64,000 bases of DNA. Origin: an uncultured Chloroflexia bacterium. Lineage in GTDB: Bacteria; Chloroflexota; Limnocylindria; Limnocylindrales; CSP1-4. Numbering within the stretch: the first letter of the stretch is position 1; every line of letters starts with the position of its first letter. Location: assembly GCA_963768655.1 (NCBI GenBank), contig CAVYIM010000003.1, positions 288,001-352,000 on the forward strand, written 5' to 3'. This document shows, in pieces, positions 20,108 to 30,625 of this stretch. The notes beneath the pieces are model-generated. The model was not told where the DNA came from, searched no databases, and saw nothing but the letters and a program-made list of their open reading frames with translations. The position numbers and the translations under genes were made by a program.

Positions 20108-20438
20108 GGCCGATCACTCCTGTCGGTTCGCGCCGCCTGGGAATCGCGGAGACTCCCGACGTTCCATCCAGGCGGCATCGGTAACTGTTGTCGACGATGG
20201 TAGGCCTCCTCGTCGGACTCGGCCGGCGGCGCACGTCCGCACGCTTGACCGAAGCGTCCGGTCCCGCTCGTCAGGCCGGCCGCCGCGGCGGGATCGCGCT
20301 GTCAACACATACCGCGCCCATTTCAGGACTTATGGAGGCCGGCGTGCTATGAATGGTTCGAGGGATGCGGGCGCAGCGTCTGCTTCCCCGCTTCCCGCTC
20401 TCCCGCCCAAAGGTGGGCGATAAGTCGAGGTGTTTCAC

Positions 20439-21458
20439 ATGAAGGCTTCCCTCTCGCGCTGGCGCCTCCTCCCGCTGATCGGGGCGCTGATGCTCGCGGG
20501 CGTCGCCTCCGTCGCGTTTGCTCTGGGCGTCTCCTCTGGAGGTTCGAACTCCGCCATTGCGGCCCAACCGACGACCATTCCGGGCCATCCCGAGCTCGGG
20601 CCCGGCTGGACGGCCCCCGGTGGCTTCCAGGGGTCGGTCGGCCAGGTGGCGATAGCGATCACGAAGATCGACGGCAGCGACCTCTCGCTGCAGACGACCG
20701 ACGGCTGGACGCGGACGATCGACGCGACCGGCGCCACGATCACTGAGGGCGGACAGACGATCACCGTTGCGGACCTGAAGGTTGGCGACCAGATCACCTT
20801 CCGTGAGGCTCGTCAGTCCGACGGCACCTACAAGATCACGACGATTCAGGTTCTCCTGCCCACGGCCTCGGGGACGGTCACGGCAGTCAGTTCGGGCTCT
20901 GTGACGATCACCCAATTCGACGGCTCGTCGAAGACGCTGACGCTGACCGGATCCACCACCTACACCCAGGCCGGCGCCACCGTTACGGCGAGCGCGCTGG
21001 TCGTCGGTGTGCGGATCTCGGCCCAGGGCACGGTCGACTCGGCCGGTAACTTCACCGCCACGGCCGTGACGATCTCGCCGTCCTCGGTCCAGGGCACGGT
21101 CGCCAGCAAGACGGCCACGACGATCGTGGTGACGACAACGGCCGGCAAGACGGTCACGGTCGACGTCTCGTCCGCGACCAAGTACTCGGTCCGTGGCGTC
21201 TCTACCCCGACCCTCGACAACGTCGCCGTCGGCGACCGGATCATGGCGCAGGGCACGCTCAACGCCGACGGCTCGCTCACCGCGACGATGGTCCAGGCGA
21301 GCCCGAACGATCAGCCCGGCTTCGGCGGTGGCGGCGGTAACGGCCCGGGCGGTGGCGGGCGCGGCTTCGGCGGCTTCGGCGGCCGGGGCGGTTTCGGTGG
21401 TGGATACGGCCGCCCGAGCCCCGCGCCATCCCCGGCCGCGTCGGGTGCGAGCCTCTAG
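20439..21458 (+). CDS. Exported DUF5666-like (OB-fold repeat) protein with Gly-rich tail
   Basis: Signal peptide plus three repeats of G.V....TI.V...G..TV.....T......L.VG.RI.AQG....G..TA..V. Confidence 0.8.
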   Translation: MKASLSRWRLLPLIGALMLAGVASVAFALGVSSGGSNSAIAAQPTTIPGHPELGPGWTAPGGFQGSVGQVAIAITKIDGSDLSLQTTDGWTRTIDATGATITEGGQTITVADLKVGDQITFREARQSDGTYKITTIQVLLPTASGTVTAVSSGSVTITQFDGSSKTLTLTGSTTYTQAGATVTASALVVGVRISAQGTVDSAGNFTATAVTISPSSVQGTVASKTATTIVVTTTAGKTVTVDVSSATKYSVRGVSTPTLDNVAVGDRIMAQGTLNADGSLTATMVQASPNDQPGFGGGGGNGPGGGGRGFGGFGGRGGFGGGYGRPSPAPSPAASGASL

Positions 21459-21606
21459 TCGCTCCGGAGACGCCGGCCCTTCCGGCCCGGCGGCCGCGCC
21501 CGACCAGAATTGGGACTCCAGGCCTGGCGCGGCCGCCGGAGTGGATCTAGCAGCGGCGGGCTGGGAGGCAGCCGTCCATCCGGGATTCGCCGGCTGTCCA
21601 GCCTGA

Positions 21607-21795
21607 GTTTCTTGCAGATACGCCCGCCAGGCGTGCTGTCCGCGACCCGACCTGTTCGAGGCGAGACAGACGAGCCTCAACGGGGGTCGACCCACGCTCA
21701 GCCGAACGTGATCAGGCAGTCGCGGGGACGGTAACCCGGGGCGCCAGGCGCAGAATGCGCGGCCAACACGCCCACGGGGCGTAACTGACGGAAAC
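21607..21795. repeat. Double-dyad (REPIN/attC-like) intergenic element, copy 1
   Basis: CAGATACGCC-N5-GGCGTGCTG ... CAACACGCC-N5-GGCGTAACTG; a second copy lies at 52126-52320. Confidence 0.75.
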
Positions 21796-22167
21796 GAAGC
21801 CGCTTCGGCCCGGGTGGCCGGACATGCCCGAGCGCGGGCCGCTACCCCGGTCGGGGCTCGTGGAGTCCTCGGAAGGCTCAGGGGCGGGCGGCTTGCGATT
21901 TGTCGGGAAACACGATCCCCGAGCTCTCCGGCGTGGTGTGGCGGCTGAGATTGCCCCGCCGTCGAGCGCGGCGCTCAACAGGTTGCCGCCTTCGGTCCAG
22001 TACAACATGGGGTCGGACCCATTCGAGCCGGACCGCATAACACCCCTGGCCGTGGAGGTGTTGCAAAGGCCGCGGCCAATTCGAGTTGATAGGGGCCGAT
22101 GGGCCGGCCGCCGGTTCGCGAGCCTGCGGCGTTTGACCGTTCTCGTGACTCGCCGCCAGAATCATTT

Positions 22168-23868
22168 ATGGCCCTGCTGATCGTTGTCGCCTTCATCGCG
22201 GGACTCGCGACCGCCGTCTCCCCCTGCGTGCTGCCGATCCTGCCGATCGTCCTGGCGACCGGGGCGGATGGCGACAGGCGCCGGCCGTACCTCGTGATCG
22301 CGGGACTCATCGCCAGCTTCTCGTTCTTCACGCTGGCCAGCGTCCAGATCATCGACACCCTGAACCTGCCGAGCTCGACGCTGCGCGACGCGGCCATCGT
22401 CGTCATCGCGGGCTTCGGGCTGACGCTGCTCGTGCCCGCTCTCGCGGTCGCGTGGGAACGTGCCACCGCTCGCATCCCGGCGGTCGGCGCGAGCCTGGCG
22501 AGGCCCGGAGTCGCGGGCGGCCTGATCACGGGAGTCGGCCTGGGCCTGGTCTGGACGCCCTGCGCCGGGCCGATTCTCGGCGCCATCACCAGCCTTGCGG
22601 TGACCGCGCCGGGCTCGACGGCGACGCTGGCGCTGGTCATCGCGTATGCCATCGGCGCCGGCCTGCCTCTGCTGGCGATCGCCCTGGGCGGGCGGGCGGC
22701 GCTGGCGCGGCTCCACCTTCGCTCCGCTTCGGCCCGGGCCGGCCGCGTCTTCGGCATCCTGGTTCTGGCGACCGCAGGCCTGATGGCCGTCGGCGCCGAC
22801 ACGACGATCTCAGCCGATCTGACGAGCGCGCTGCCCGACTGGACCGGCACGCTGCAGACGCTCGAACGGTCGAACCCTGTTCAGGCGGCTCTGGGCGACC
22901 TGGGCGTGGGCTCGGGCGGCAGCCAGGCTTCCGATCAGGCGAACGGCGCGCTCGCGCCCGACTTCACCGGCATCGACCACTGGCTCAACTCGCCGCCGCT
23001 GACCATGGCCGGCCTGCGGGGCAAAGTGGTGCTGGTCGACTTCTGGACCTACTCCTGCATCAACTGCATCCGGACCCTGCCCTACCTCGAGAGTTGGTAC
23101 CAGAAGTACGGCCCCGACGGCTTCGTCGTGGTCGGCGTGCACACGCCCGAGTTCGCTTTCGAGCACGACACCTCGAACGTGGCCGCCGCGATCGCCCGGT
23201 TCGGCATCACGTATCCAGTCGCCCAGGACAACGAGTACGCCACCTGGACCGCGTACAACAACGAGTACTGGCCGGCGGACTACCTGATCGACACCACCGG
23301 CCATATCCGAGACACCCACTTCGGCGAAGGGGACTACCTCCAGACGGAGGCCGAGATCCGAAGCCTCCTGAACGAGGCTGGCCAGTCCGCGCTCCCGAGT
23401 CCGGCCCCCTCGGCAGCCGCGCCGCCTTTCGTCGCGGGCGAGACGCCGGAAACCTATCTCGGCACCAATCGGGCCGAAGCCTTCGCCGGTCCGGGTGTGC
23501 CGCCGGCCGGCAAGGGGCAGTTCTCGTTCCCGAGCCAGCTGCCGGACAGCCAGTTCGCGGTCTCGGGGAGCTTCGACTTCCAGCCCGAATACGTCGTCGC
23601 TTCGGCAGCCGGTGACCGGCTCGAGATGTCCTTCATGGCTCGCGACGTCTACCTGGTGATGGCCGCCGACTCCCCTGTGCACGCCACCGTGACGGTCACC
23701 GGGGCCCAGACCAGCCCGACCGAAGACGTGAGCGCCAGCGGCGCAATGGTCATTGGCCAGGCCCGCCTGTACCACCTTGTCCACCTGGATTCCGATGCCT
23801 GGGGCGTGGTAACCATCACCTTCAACGGCCCGGGCGCGCGCGCCTATGCCTTCACGTTCGGCGGCTGA
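22168..23868 (+). CDS. dipZ: DipZ-type protein (CcdA/DsbD membrane domain + thioredoxin + C-terminal domain)
   Basis: SPCVLP, WTPCAGP, DFWTYSCINC, GVHTPEF, ETPETYLG. Confidence 0.92.
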   Translation: MALLIVVAFIAGLATAVSPCVLPILPIVLATGADGDRRRPYLVIAGLIASFSFFTLASVQIIDTLNLPSSTLRDAAIVVIAGFGLTLLVPALAVAWERATARIPAVGASLARPGVAGGLITGVGLGLVWTPCAGPILGAITSLAVTAPGSTATLALVIAYAIGAGLPLLAIALGGRAALARLHLRSASARAGRVFGILVLATAGLMAVGADTTISADLTSALPDWTGTLQTLERSNPVQAALGDLGVGSGGSQASDQANGALAPDFTGIDHWLNSPPLTMAGLRGKVVLVDFWTYSCINCIRTLPYLESWYQKYGPDGFVVVGVHTPEFAFEHDTSNVAAAIARFGITYPVAQDNEYATWTAYNNEYWPADYLIDTTGHIRDTHFGEGDYLQTEAEIRSLLNEAGQSALPSPAPSAAAPPFVAGETPETYLGTNRAEAFAGPGVPPAGKGQFSFPSQLPDSQFAVSGSFDFQPEYVVASAAGDRLEMSFMARDVYLVMAADSPVHATVTVTGAQTSPTEDVSASGAMVIGQARLYHLVHLDSDAWGVVTITFNGPGARAYAFTFGG

Positions 23869-23893
23869 CACGGCCGACCCGAGCTGACCGCCG

Positions 23894-23974
23894 TTCGGCG
23901 GCCCGGTCTTCGGCGGCCGGGTCTTCGGCGGCCTGGTTCCGGGCGGCCCGGTCTTCGGCGGCCTGGTTCCGGGC
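23894..23974. repeat. 15-bp intergenic tandem repeat (~5 units)
   Basis: GGCGGCCCGGTCTTC / GGCGGCCTGGTTCCG units. Confidence 0.8.
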
Positions 23975-24091
23975 GCGCCGGCGGGTCGCAACCGTATAGA
24001 CTGGCAGTGGTCGTCGCGGAGTCGGTGAGGGAGGGTTAGTCAGGGTGGAGGATGGTCTGGGCCACAGCTCGGCCACGCCTCTGGAGCGGCG

Positions 24092-24664
24092 GTGAGCATC
24101 TACGACGAACCCGAACCGTATGTGAGTCCGGGGATGCGGCGCGCCCGGCGAACGCTCAACGCCGTTCTCGCCACGGCGATCGCGATCGCCGTCGTCGTCG
24201 GCTCCGTGGCCGTCGCGCGGTTCGGCGCCGCGGCCATTCTCGGCCAGTGCGCACCGCCATGGCTGGCCGGGACAGACCCTCAAATCTGTCTCAACGCCCA
24301 GATCAGCCAGGGGATCCTCTTCGTGTCCGGCAACACGAGCCTGACCGACGGGGCCGTCATCCAGGTCTGGGCGGACGACTACGGCACCGGCCCCGATGAG
24401 CATTGGGGCACCGACTCGGCCGGCCTCAGCGTCACGGGCGGGACTTTCACCCAGAGCTTCGACGTGTCCGATTGGGGACCCGGCACGGTGACGGTCACCG
24501 CCCTGTTCGAGATCGGTTCCGGTCAGCCGCAGGCAGTCATCGACCGCTACGGGCCGAACGGCGAAAGACTGAGCGGGCCCGATGTCGTGCTCGACACGAG
24601 TGGCGGCGAGCCGCCGCCGCAGGCCGTGCAGGTGTCGACCGACGTGGACCTCTCGGCGGGGTAG
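24092..24664 (+). CDS. Hypothetical membrane-anchored exported protein
   Basis: GGAG SD plus GTG start, one TM helix, beta-rich domain with QPQAVIDRYGPNGERLSGP. Confidence 0.75.
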   Translation: MSIYDEPEPYVSPGMRRARRTLNAVLATAIAIAVVVGSVAVARFGAAAILGQCAPPWLAGTDPQICLNAQISQGILFVSGNTSLTDGAVIQVWADDYGTGPDEHWGTDSAGLSVTGGTFTQSFDVSDWGPGTVTVTALFEIGSGQPQAVIDRYGPNGERLSGPDVVLDTSGGEPPPQAVQVSTDVDLSAG

Positions 24665-24887
24665 CCCGGGCCGCTCCTGCCACGAGGCACAGGTCCGCGA
24701 AACCCGGTCTACGGGAGTAGGCCGCGACTGGCTCGAATTGTCCATTGCGGCTTCTTCGCCGCGGCCGGAACATCCCACTCGTCGTGGCGTCCCGCGACGT
24801 CGTTCGAGGCCGTGGAGGCGACCCCGCCGCTCGCGGGCGGAACCGGGACGCGCGGCCGGCGCGCGAGTCCCAGGGCGGAGGCGCGAA

Positions 24888-27800
24888 ATGACCTTGGCGC
24901 GGTTGATCCGAGTGGCCGTGGCGCTGACGGCGGTTGTCGCCCTGACAGCCCCTGCCGCCGCTTGGGGCGCCGAGCCCGCCGGAAAGGCTTCGACCGACAT
25001 CGCTTCGGCCCAGGCTCCGGCGACGCCGGCCCAGGCTCCGGCGACGCCGGCCCAGGTTTCCGCCACGCTGGCCCAGGCTCCGGCCGCTCCGGTCGAGTCT
25101 TCGGCCGTGCCTGCCGCGGCTTCTCCGGACGAGGCCGCCCCGGCCCAGGCTTCGGTGGCCCTGGTCCAGTCTTGGGCGACCCCGGCCCCGCCTGCGCGGT
25201 CCGCCGACTCCGACGCCGTCAGCCTCACCGGCACGCTCCGTCTGACGATCGCCGACGATTTCGAGGACGGCAGCTCTCAAACTGCCTACTCGATCGACAA
25301 TGCCGCCGGATCCACGCCGATCACCGTTTCGGGAACTGGCGTCGACCAGCTCGACGGCGCTCTGGTCCACGTCTCAGGCCGCAGGCTGGCCGACGGCAGC
25401 GTGGCCGTCCAGGCCGGTTCGATCGTCGTCGAGAAGACCGCCGCCGCCAACCCGGACGCAGCCGCCCTCGGCTTCGAGAGCCAGGCGGACGGCGCCTCGC
25501 CGGCCGCCGCCAAGACTCAGACCATCGCCGTCATCGTCGCGGACTATTCGGACCTGGCCGGCTATCCCGTGACCGTGGCCCAGGCGCAGAGCACCTTCAC
25601 TAGCTCATCGGCGTCGGTCCATTCCTACTTCAACGCCACTTCGCGCGGCCGCCTGAACACCACGACGACGGTTCTCGGCCCCTGGCATCTGGGGATCAAG
25701 CAATGCCCCGGTGGCGCGACGAGCTGGTCGCTCGCCGCCTCGATCAGCGCCGCTTTCACGGCCGCCACGGCGCACGGGTACAACCTGAACTCGTACGACC
25801 ACGTCGTGCTCTGGACCAAGGCGCCGTGCCAGCAGACCTGGGCGGGTACGGCGCAGATGCCGGGCAAGTACGTCCAGATCGACGTGGAATGGGCGACCTA
25901 CACCAGCGACGAACCTGCGGTCTCGACGATGGTGGCCTCGCACGAACTGGGCCACAACCTGGGTCTGGACCACTCCAATGGCCTGGGATGTTTCGACGCA
26001 TCCGGCAATCAAGTCGAGCTCGTCGGCAAGTGCACGAGCTACGAGTACATGGATGAGTACACAACGATGGGGATGGCGGGGGCACCCGATCACGCCCTGC
26101 TCGACGCCGACCGCCTCGATTCCCTCGGCTGGCTGGACCCGAGTAAATCCCGGACTGTGACCGCGGTCGGCACTTACTCCCTCGTGCCCGTCTACTCGAG
26201 CACTCCCGGAGTCCGCCTGCTTCGGATCGCCAGACCGACCGCCGTCGTCGCCGGCGGACAGTCCGGCGCGTGGACACTGGAGCTGCGGTCCACGCTGACC
26301 GGGACGGCCTGGGACCAGTTCGCCGGCCTGCCGTATTCAGCCGTGACGACCGGCGTAACGATTCGCTACTCGGAGGACGAGTTCCGTGCGGAGGGCGTAC
26401 CGGGTCAGAGCTACCTGATCGACACTGTCGCCGACGGCAGCGAAACCGACGGCATCTCCTTCTGGGACGCGCCGCTGCAACCCGGGAACACCTTCACCGA
26501 CCCGATCGGCGGCCTCACCATCACGGTCGACTCCGTGGGCGCCTCCGGCGCCTCGGTGACCATCGGCGACACCATGGCGCCGACGGCTCCGCTGTCGCTC
26601 GAGGCCACGGCGATCCCGACCGGCGGCGCCGAGCTCGACTGGCAGGCCGCGACCGACAACCTGGGCCTGGCCCACTACGCGATCTACAGGGACGGCACGA
26701 AGATCGGAGAGGTGTCGGCCACGACCCTGACGTACACCGACCCGCCGGCGGGCTTCGGTGGGCTTCACACATACGCCGTGGCCGCGGTTGACACCGCCGG
26801 TCTGCAGGGTGCCCTCGCGACCGCCAGTGTCACGCTGGTGCCACCGCCCTCCGCGCCGCTCTCAGTAACTGCGACGCCCGGCAACGGAGCGGCTCTGGTG
26901 AAGTGGAGCGCCCCGGCCCAGGGCGCACCGATCACCGGCTATGAGGTGACTTCCCAACCCGGCGGCCGGACCTGCTCCACGACCGGCGCCACGAGTTGCA
27001 TCGTCGCCGGGCTCAGCAACGGAACGCCCTACAGGTTCACCGTCACGGCCACCAACTCCGTCGGCACCGGGCCCGCCTCGAGCGCCAGCGGCCCCGTCAC
27101 GCCGTTGCCAGTCCCGGGCCGCCCAACCGCCGTCTCGGGCGTGCCCGGCGATACAAGCGTCGCCGTGACCTGGACCGCGCCCGGGGATTCGGGCTCGAGC
27201 CCGATCGATGGCTACACCGTCACTTCGTCGCCGGGTGGCAAGACGTGCACAGCGGGCCTCACGCCCGGCTGCACCGTGTCTCAGCTGAACGACGGCGTGC
27301 CCTACACGTTCACGGTCACTGCCGCCAACAGCCTGGGCGCGGGACTGCCGTCCGCTCCGTCGTCCGCGGTGACGCCACGGACTCACCCGAACCCTCCGGC
27401 CGGCGTCCAGGCGGTCGCGTCCAACGGCTCGGCACTGGTGTCCTGGGGCCCGCCGCCCTTCGACGGCGGCAGCCCGGTGACCTCGTACGACGTCGTCTCC
27501 ACGCCTGGCGGACTGAGGTGCCACACGGTGGGAGCGCGCTCGTGCACGGTGTCGGGTCTGACGAATCGGGTCACCTACACATTCAAGGTCACGGCCACCA
27601 ACGTCGCCGGGACGAGCGGCCCATCCGCCGCCTCGCCCGGCGTGATGCCACTCGCCGGAGCCACGTACGTGACCGTCACTCCGAACCGGCTGGTGGACTC
27701 CAGGGCGGGCACGCGCCTCGGGCTCACCGCGTCACTCAGCAACAGGGTCCCGGTCTCATTCCAGGTCACGGGCCGCTCAGCCGACCCGAGCCTGAACATC

Positions 27801-28868
27801 CCTACCGAAGCGGTCGCAGTCACCGGCAACCTCACCGTCGTGAACCAGGGCTCCTACGGCTACCTGAGCCTGACTCCGAGCAAGCCCGCCGGCACGCCCA
27901 CGACGTCGACGCTCAACTTCCCCAAGGGCGACATCAGGGCGGACGCCGTGACTGTTCCGCTGGGTGCGGGCGGAAAGCTGTGGGTCACGTTCGTCGGCGT
28001 TTCAGGCAAGAAGGCGGACATGGTCTTCGACGTCACGGGCTATTTCGTCGCGAACACGAGCGGCGCAACCTACCTGCCGCTCACGCCGAACCGGGTGCTG
28101 GACTCGCGCCAGCCCACGAGGCTTGGCATGTCGGCATCGCTTACGTCCGGCACGCCGGCGAGCTTCCAGGTGACCGGGCTGTCGGCCGATGCCCGGCTGA
28201 AGGTCCCCTCCAATGCCCTGGCGATCGTCGGTAACCTGACCGCGGTGAACGAGAGCTCGGGCGGCTACTTCACCGTGACTCCGGCCCGGCCCGCCGGCCT
28301 GCCTGAGACCTCGACGCTCAACTTCCCCAGAGGCGACATCCGGGCCAATTCGGTGACCGTGCCACTGGGCGCCGGCGGCGTGCTGTGGGTCACCTTCGAA
28401 GGCACGGCCGGCGCGCATGCGGACGTGGTCTTCGACGTGACCGGCTGCTTCGTCCCGAACACGAGCGGGGCGACCTACGTTGCCCTGACACCGAACCGTC
28501 TGGTCGACTCGCGCGCGCCCACACATCTGGGCCTAACGTCGTCTCTAACCTCAAAGGTTCCGGCTCCGTTCGGAGTCACAGGCCGATCGGCCGACGCTGC
28601 GCTGGATGTGCCCGCGGACGCGGTAGCGGTGACGGGTAACCTGACTGCAGTCGGTGCGACCTCCGCCGGCTACTTCTCCCTGACCCCGGACGCTCCGAGC
28701 GGCCCGCCCACGACGTCGACGCTCAACTTCCCGAAAGAGGACACGCGAGCCAACGCGGTCACGATTCCGTTGGGGCAAGACGGCGTGCTGTGGGTCACCT
28801 TCGTCGGCACCACGAGGACTCATGCCGATGTCGTGTTCGACGTCTCGGGCTACTTCACGATGAACTGA
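24888..28868 (+). CDS. Secreted metzincin (M11/M6-like) zinc peptidase with 4 FN3 domains and three C-terminal surface repeats
   Basis: Signal peptide; HELGHNLGLDH zinc motif and Met-turn-like YTTMG; FN3 W..P..G.PITGY.V; three TPNRLVDSR...DVVFDVTGYF repeats. Confidence 0.9.
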   Translation: MTLARLIRVAVALTAVVALTAPAAAWGAEPAGKASTDIASAQAPATPAQAPATPAQVSATLAQAPAAPVESSAVPAAASPDEAAPAQASVALVQSWATPAPPARSADSDAVSLTGTLRLTIADDFEDGSSQTAYSIDNAAGSTPITVSGTGVDQLDGALVHVSGRRLADGSVAVQAGSIVVEKTAAANPDAAALGFESQADGASPAAAKTQTIAVIVADYSDLAGYPVTVAQAQSTFTSSSASVHSYFNATSRGRLNTTTTVLGPWHLGIKQCPGGATSWSLAASISAAFTAATAHGYNLNSYDHVVLWTKAPCQQTWAGTAQMPGKYVQIDVEWATYTSDEPAVSTMVASHELGHNLGLDHSNGLGCFDASGNQVELVGKCTSYEYMDEYTTMGMAGAPDHALLDADRLDSLGWLDPSKSRTVTAVGTYSLVPVYSSTPGVRLLRIARPTAVVAGGQSGAWTLELRSTLTGTAWDQFAGLPYSAVTTGVTIRYSEDEFRAEGVPGQSYLIDTVADGSETDGISFWDAPLQPGNTFTDPIGGLTITVDSVGASGASVTIGDTMAPTAPLSLEATAIPTGGAELDWQAATDNLGLAHYAIYRDGTKIGEVSATTLTYTDPPAGFGGLHTYAVAAVDTAGLQGALATASVTLVPPPSAPLSVTATPGNGAALVKWSAPAQGAPITGYEVTSQPGGRTCSTTGATSCIVAGLSNGTPYRFTVTATNSVGTGPASSASGPVTPLPVPGRPTAVSGVPGDTSVAVTWTAPGDSGSSPIDGYTVTSSPGGKTCTAGLTPGCTVSQLNDGVPYTFTVTAANSLGAGLPSAPSSAVTPRTHPNPPAGVQAVASNGSALVSWGPPPFDGGSPVTSYDVVSTPGGLRCHTVGARSCTVSGLTNRVTYTFKVTATNVAGTSGPSAASPGVMPLAGATYVTVTPNRLVDSRAGTRLGLTASLSNRVPVSFQVTGRSADPSLNIPTEAVAVTGNLTVVNQGSYGYLSLTPSKPAGTPTTSTLNFPKGDIRADAVTVPLGAGGKLWVTFVGVSGKKADMVFDVTGYFVANTSGATYLPLTPNRVLDSRQPTRLGMSASLTSGTPASFQVTGLSADARLKVPSNALAIVGNLTAVNESSGGYFTVTPARPAGLPETSTLNFPRGDIRANSVTVPLGAGGVLWVTFEGTAGAHADVVFDVTGCFVPNTSGATYVALTPNRLVDSRAPTHLGLTSSLTSKVPAPFGVTGRSADAALDVPADAVAVTGNLTAVGATSAGYFSLTPDAPSGPPTTSTLNFPKEDTRANAVTIPLGQDGVLWVTFVGTTRTHADVVFDVSGYFTMN

Positions 28869-28981
28869 GCCCGGGCGGGGCGAGCCGGCCGCGGGCGACA
28901 GCGGCCCCAGCGACCGTGGCAGCCGGCACTTCAGCTGCGCCGAGCTACGCGCCGCCTGCCCGCTCGCATTCCCGGTCACGC

Positions 28982-29209
28982 TCACGGCCGGGGGCGCTTC
29001 TCCCGCCGATCGCCTCGGGTCCCCGGCTCCGGCGCCGATGCCTCTTCGGCCGGCCCCACCTGTTCGGCGCGCCGTCGCTGAACGTCGAGCACCTGCTTGA
29101 ACTGCTTCGCCAGGCCGGTGCGCATCCCCGCCCGCGTCCGCGCTTCCGCGTCGCGATCGCGCCGCCTCTCCCGGGCTGCCTCGGCGGGCGGAAGCTCGTC
29201 CTCGTCCAT
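28982..29209 (-). CDS. Small charged hypothetical protein
   Basis: MDEDELPPAE...RAGMRTGLAKQFKQVLDVQRRRA, preceded by a GGAGA SD. Confidence 0.5.
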   Translation of the reverse strand: MDEDELPPAEAARERRRDRDAEARTRAGMRTGLAKQFKQVLDVQRRRAEQVGPAEEASAPEPGTRGDRREKRPRP

Positions 29210-29278
29210 TCTCTCCGGCTCTCGATCTGGCTCCGGGTGCCGGACCATGTTCGAGCGACCTGCTACGATCCGGCACAG

Positions 29279-29656
29279 ATGGAACTCTACGGCGTCCGCA
29301 TCCCCACGATCGTCACCGACAACGTCGCCGCCCGCTGTGCCGGCTGCGGCGAGATCATCGAAGGCACGCCCTGGCGCATCAGCATCCTGGACATCGTGGC
29401 GCCGGAGGCGCCGGTGTCATGGACTGAGACCGCCGACCTGAACCCCGGTCCGTTCGAGTTCCACAGCGAGCCGAGCCACGTGCTGACGTGGATGTCCGCG
29501 CGCGGCGTGCTCTTCTGCCGTCGTTCCCAGATCCGCGAGATCATGAGACCGGTCTGGTTGCCAGTCGAGCCGCGCCGGCTGGGATTGTGCGACGGTCTGC
29601 ATCGCGACGACCACGAGTTCGTGGAACCGGGCGCCGTTGCGGCCATTCGAAGCTGA
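29279..29656 (+). CDS. Small Cys/His-rich hypothetical protein (putative zinc-binding)
   Basis: CAGC...FH...FC...LCDGLHRDDHEF; ends 6 bp before galU. Confidence 0.75.
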   Translation: MELYGVRIPTIVTDNVAARCAGCGEIIEGTPWRISILDIVAPEAPVSWTETADLNPGPFEFHSEPSHVLTWMSARGVLFCRRSQIREIMRPVWLPVEPRRLGLCDGLHRDDHEFVEPGAVAAIRS

Positions 29657-29662
29657 GGGCAA

Positions 29663-30541
29663 ATGCGAGTACGCAAGGCGGTCTTTCCGGCGGCGGGTTG
29701 GGGAACCCGCTTTCTTCCAGCTACCAAGGCCCAGCCAAAGGAGATGCTCCCGCTCGTCGACAAGCCGGTCATCCAGTACGCTGTCGAGGAGGCGGTCGCG
29801 GCCGGCATAGAGCAGGTCATCATCGTTACCAGCAGCCAGAAGCGCGCGATCGAAGACCATTTCGACCTGAACCTGGAGCTCGAGCAGCTCCTGGAGTCTC
29901 GCGGCGACATCGAGATGCTGCGGCAAATTCGCGCCATCTCGGACCTGGCCCAGATCTCCTACGTGCGCCAGAAGGAGCAACTCGGCCTGGGCCATGCGGT
30001 CCTCGTGGCCAAGGAGCTCGTCGGCCACGAACCATTCGCGGTGATCCTCTCGGACGACGTCGTGGTGGGCGAGCGGCCGTGCATCGGCCAGCTCATCCAT
30101 GCCTATCTTCAGACCCACTCGTCGGTCGTGGCCGTGACCGAGGTTCCGCACGACGAGACTTGCCGCTACGGCATCATCGACGGTCATCTTGCCGACGGCG
30201 GCCTGGATCCGCACCTGTACAAGCTTTCTGGCCTGGTCGAGAAGCCCGACCCGGCCGATGCGCCATCGGATCTCGCTGTCATCGGCCGCTACATCCTGAC
30301 CCCCAAGATATTCGACAAGCTCGAGCAGACGCAGCGCGGCGCCGGCGGCGAGATCCAGCTGACGGACGCAATCGAGGCCTTGATGCAGGAGCAGGACGTC
30401 TACGGGTATGCGTTCGAGGGCAAGCGCTACGACGCCGGCACAACAATGGGTTGGCTGAAGGCGTCCGTAGAGCTGGCGATGCATCGCCAGGACATTGGCG
30501 GGGAGTTCAGGCGATACTTGCAGGGGCTCGATCTGAGCTAG
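29663..30541 (+). CDS. galU: UTP--glucose-1-phosphate uridylyltransferase
   Basis: KAVFPAAGWGTRFLPATKAQPKEMLP, VRQKEQLGLGHA, VEKP, GEIQLTDAI. Confidence 0.97.
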   Translation: MRVRKAVFPAAGWGTRFLPATKAQPKEMLPLVDKPVIQYAVEEAVAAGIEQVIIVTSSQKRAIEDHFDLNLELEQLLESRGDIEMLRQIRAISDLAQISYVRQKEQLGLGHAVLVAKELVGHEPFAVILSDDVVVGERPCIGQLIHAYLQTHSSVVAVTEVPHDETCRYGIIDGHLADGGLDPHLYKLSGLVEKPDPADAPSDLAVIGRYILTPKIFDKLEQTQRGAGGEIQLTDAIEALMQEQDVYGYAFEGKRYDAGTTMGWLKASVELAMHRQDIGGEFRRYLQGLDLS

Positions 30542-30625
30542 CCTGCCCCAACGGACCGGCCGCGCCGGCCCGGGGTGGTTGACAGAGCTCCGGCGAAACC
30601 GGAGCCGGCATGTTGAGGAACTTCC

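Noticed and set aside
20110-20200. Stem GCCGCCTGG...CCAGGCGGC in the lyase leader (possible attenuator)
   Set aside because: A single stem with no leader peptide or known motif is insufficient evidence.
21712-22038. 108-aa minus-strand ORF with protein-like stretches
   Set aside because: It overlaps the double-dyad repeat and has no SD or recognisable family; at most a small remnant.
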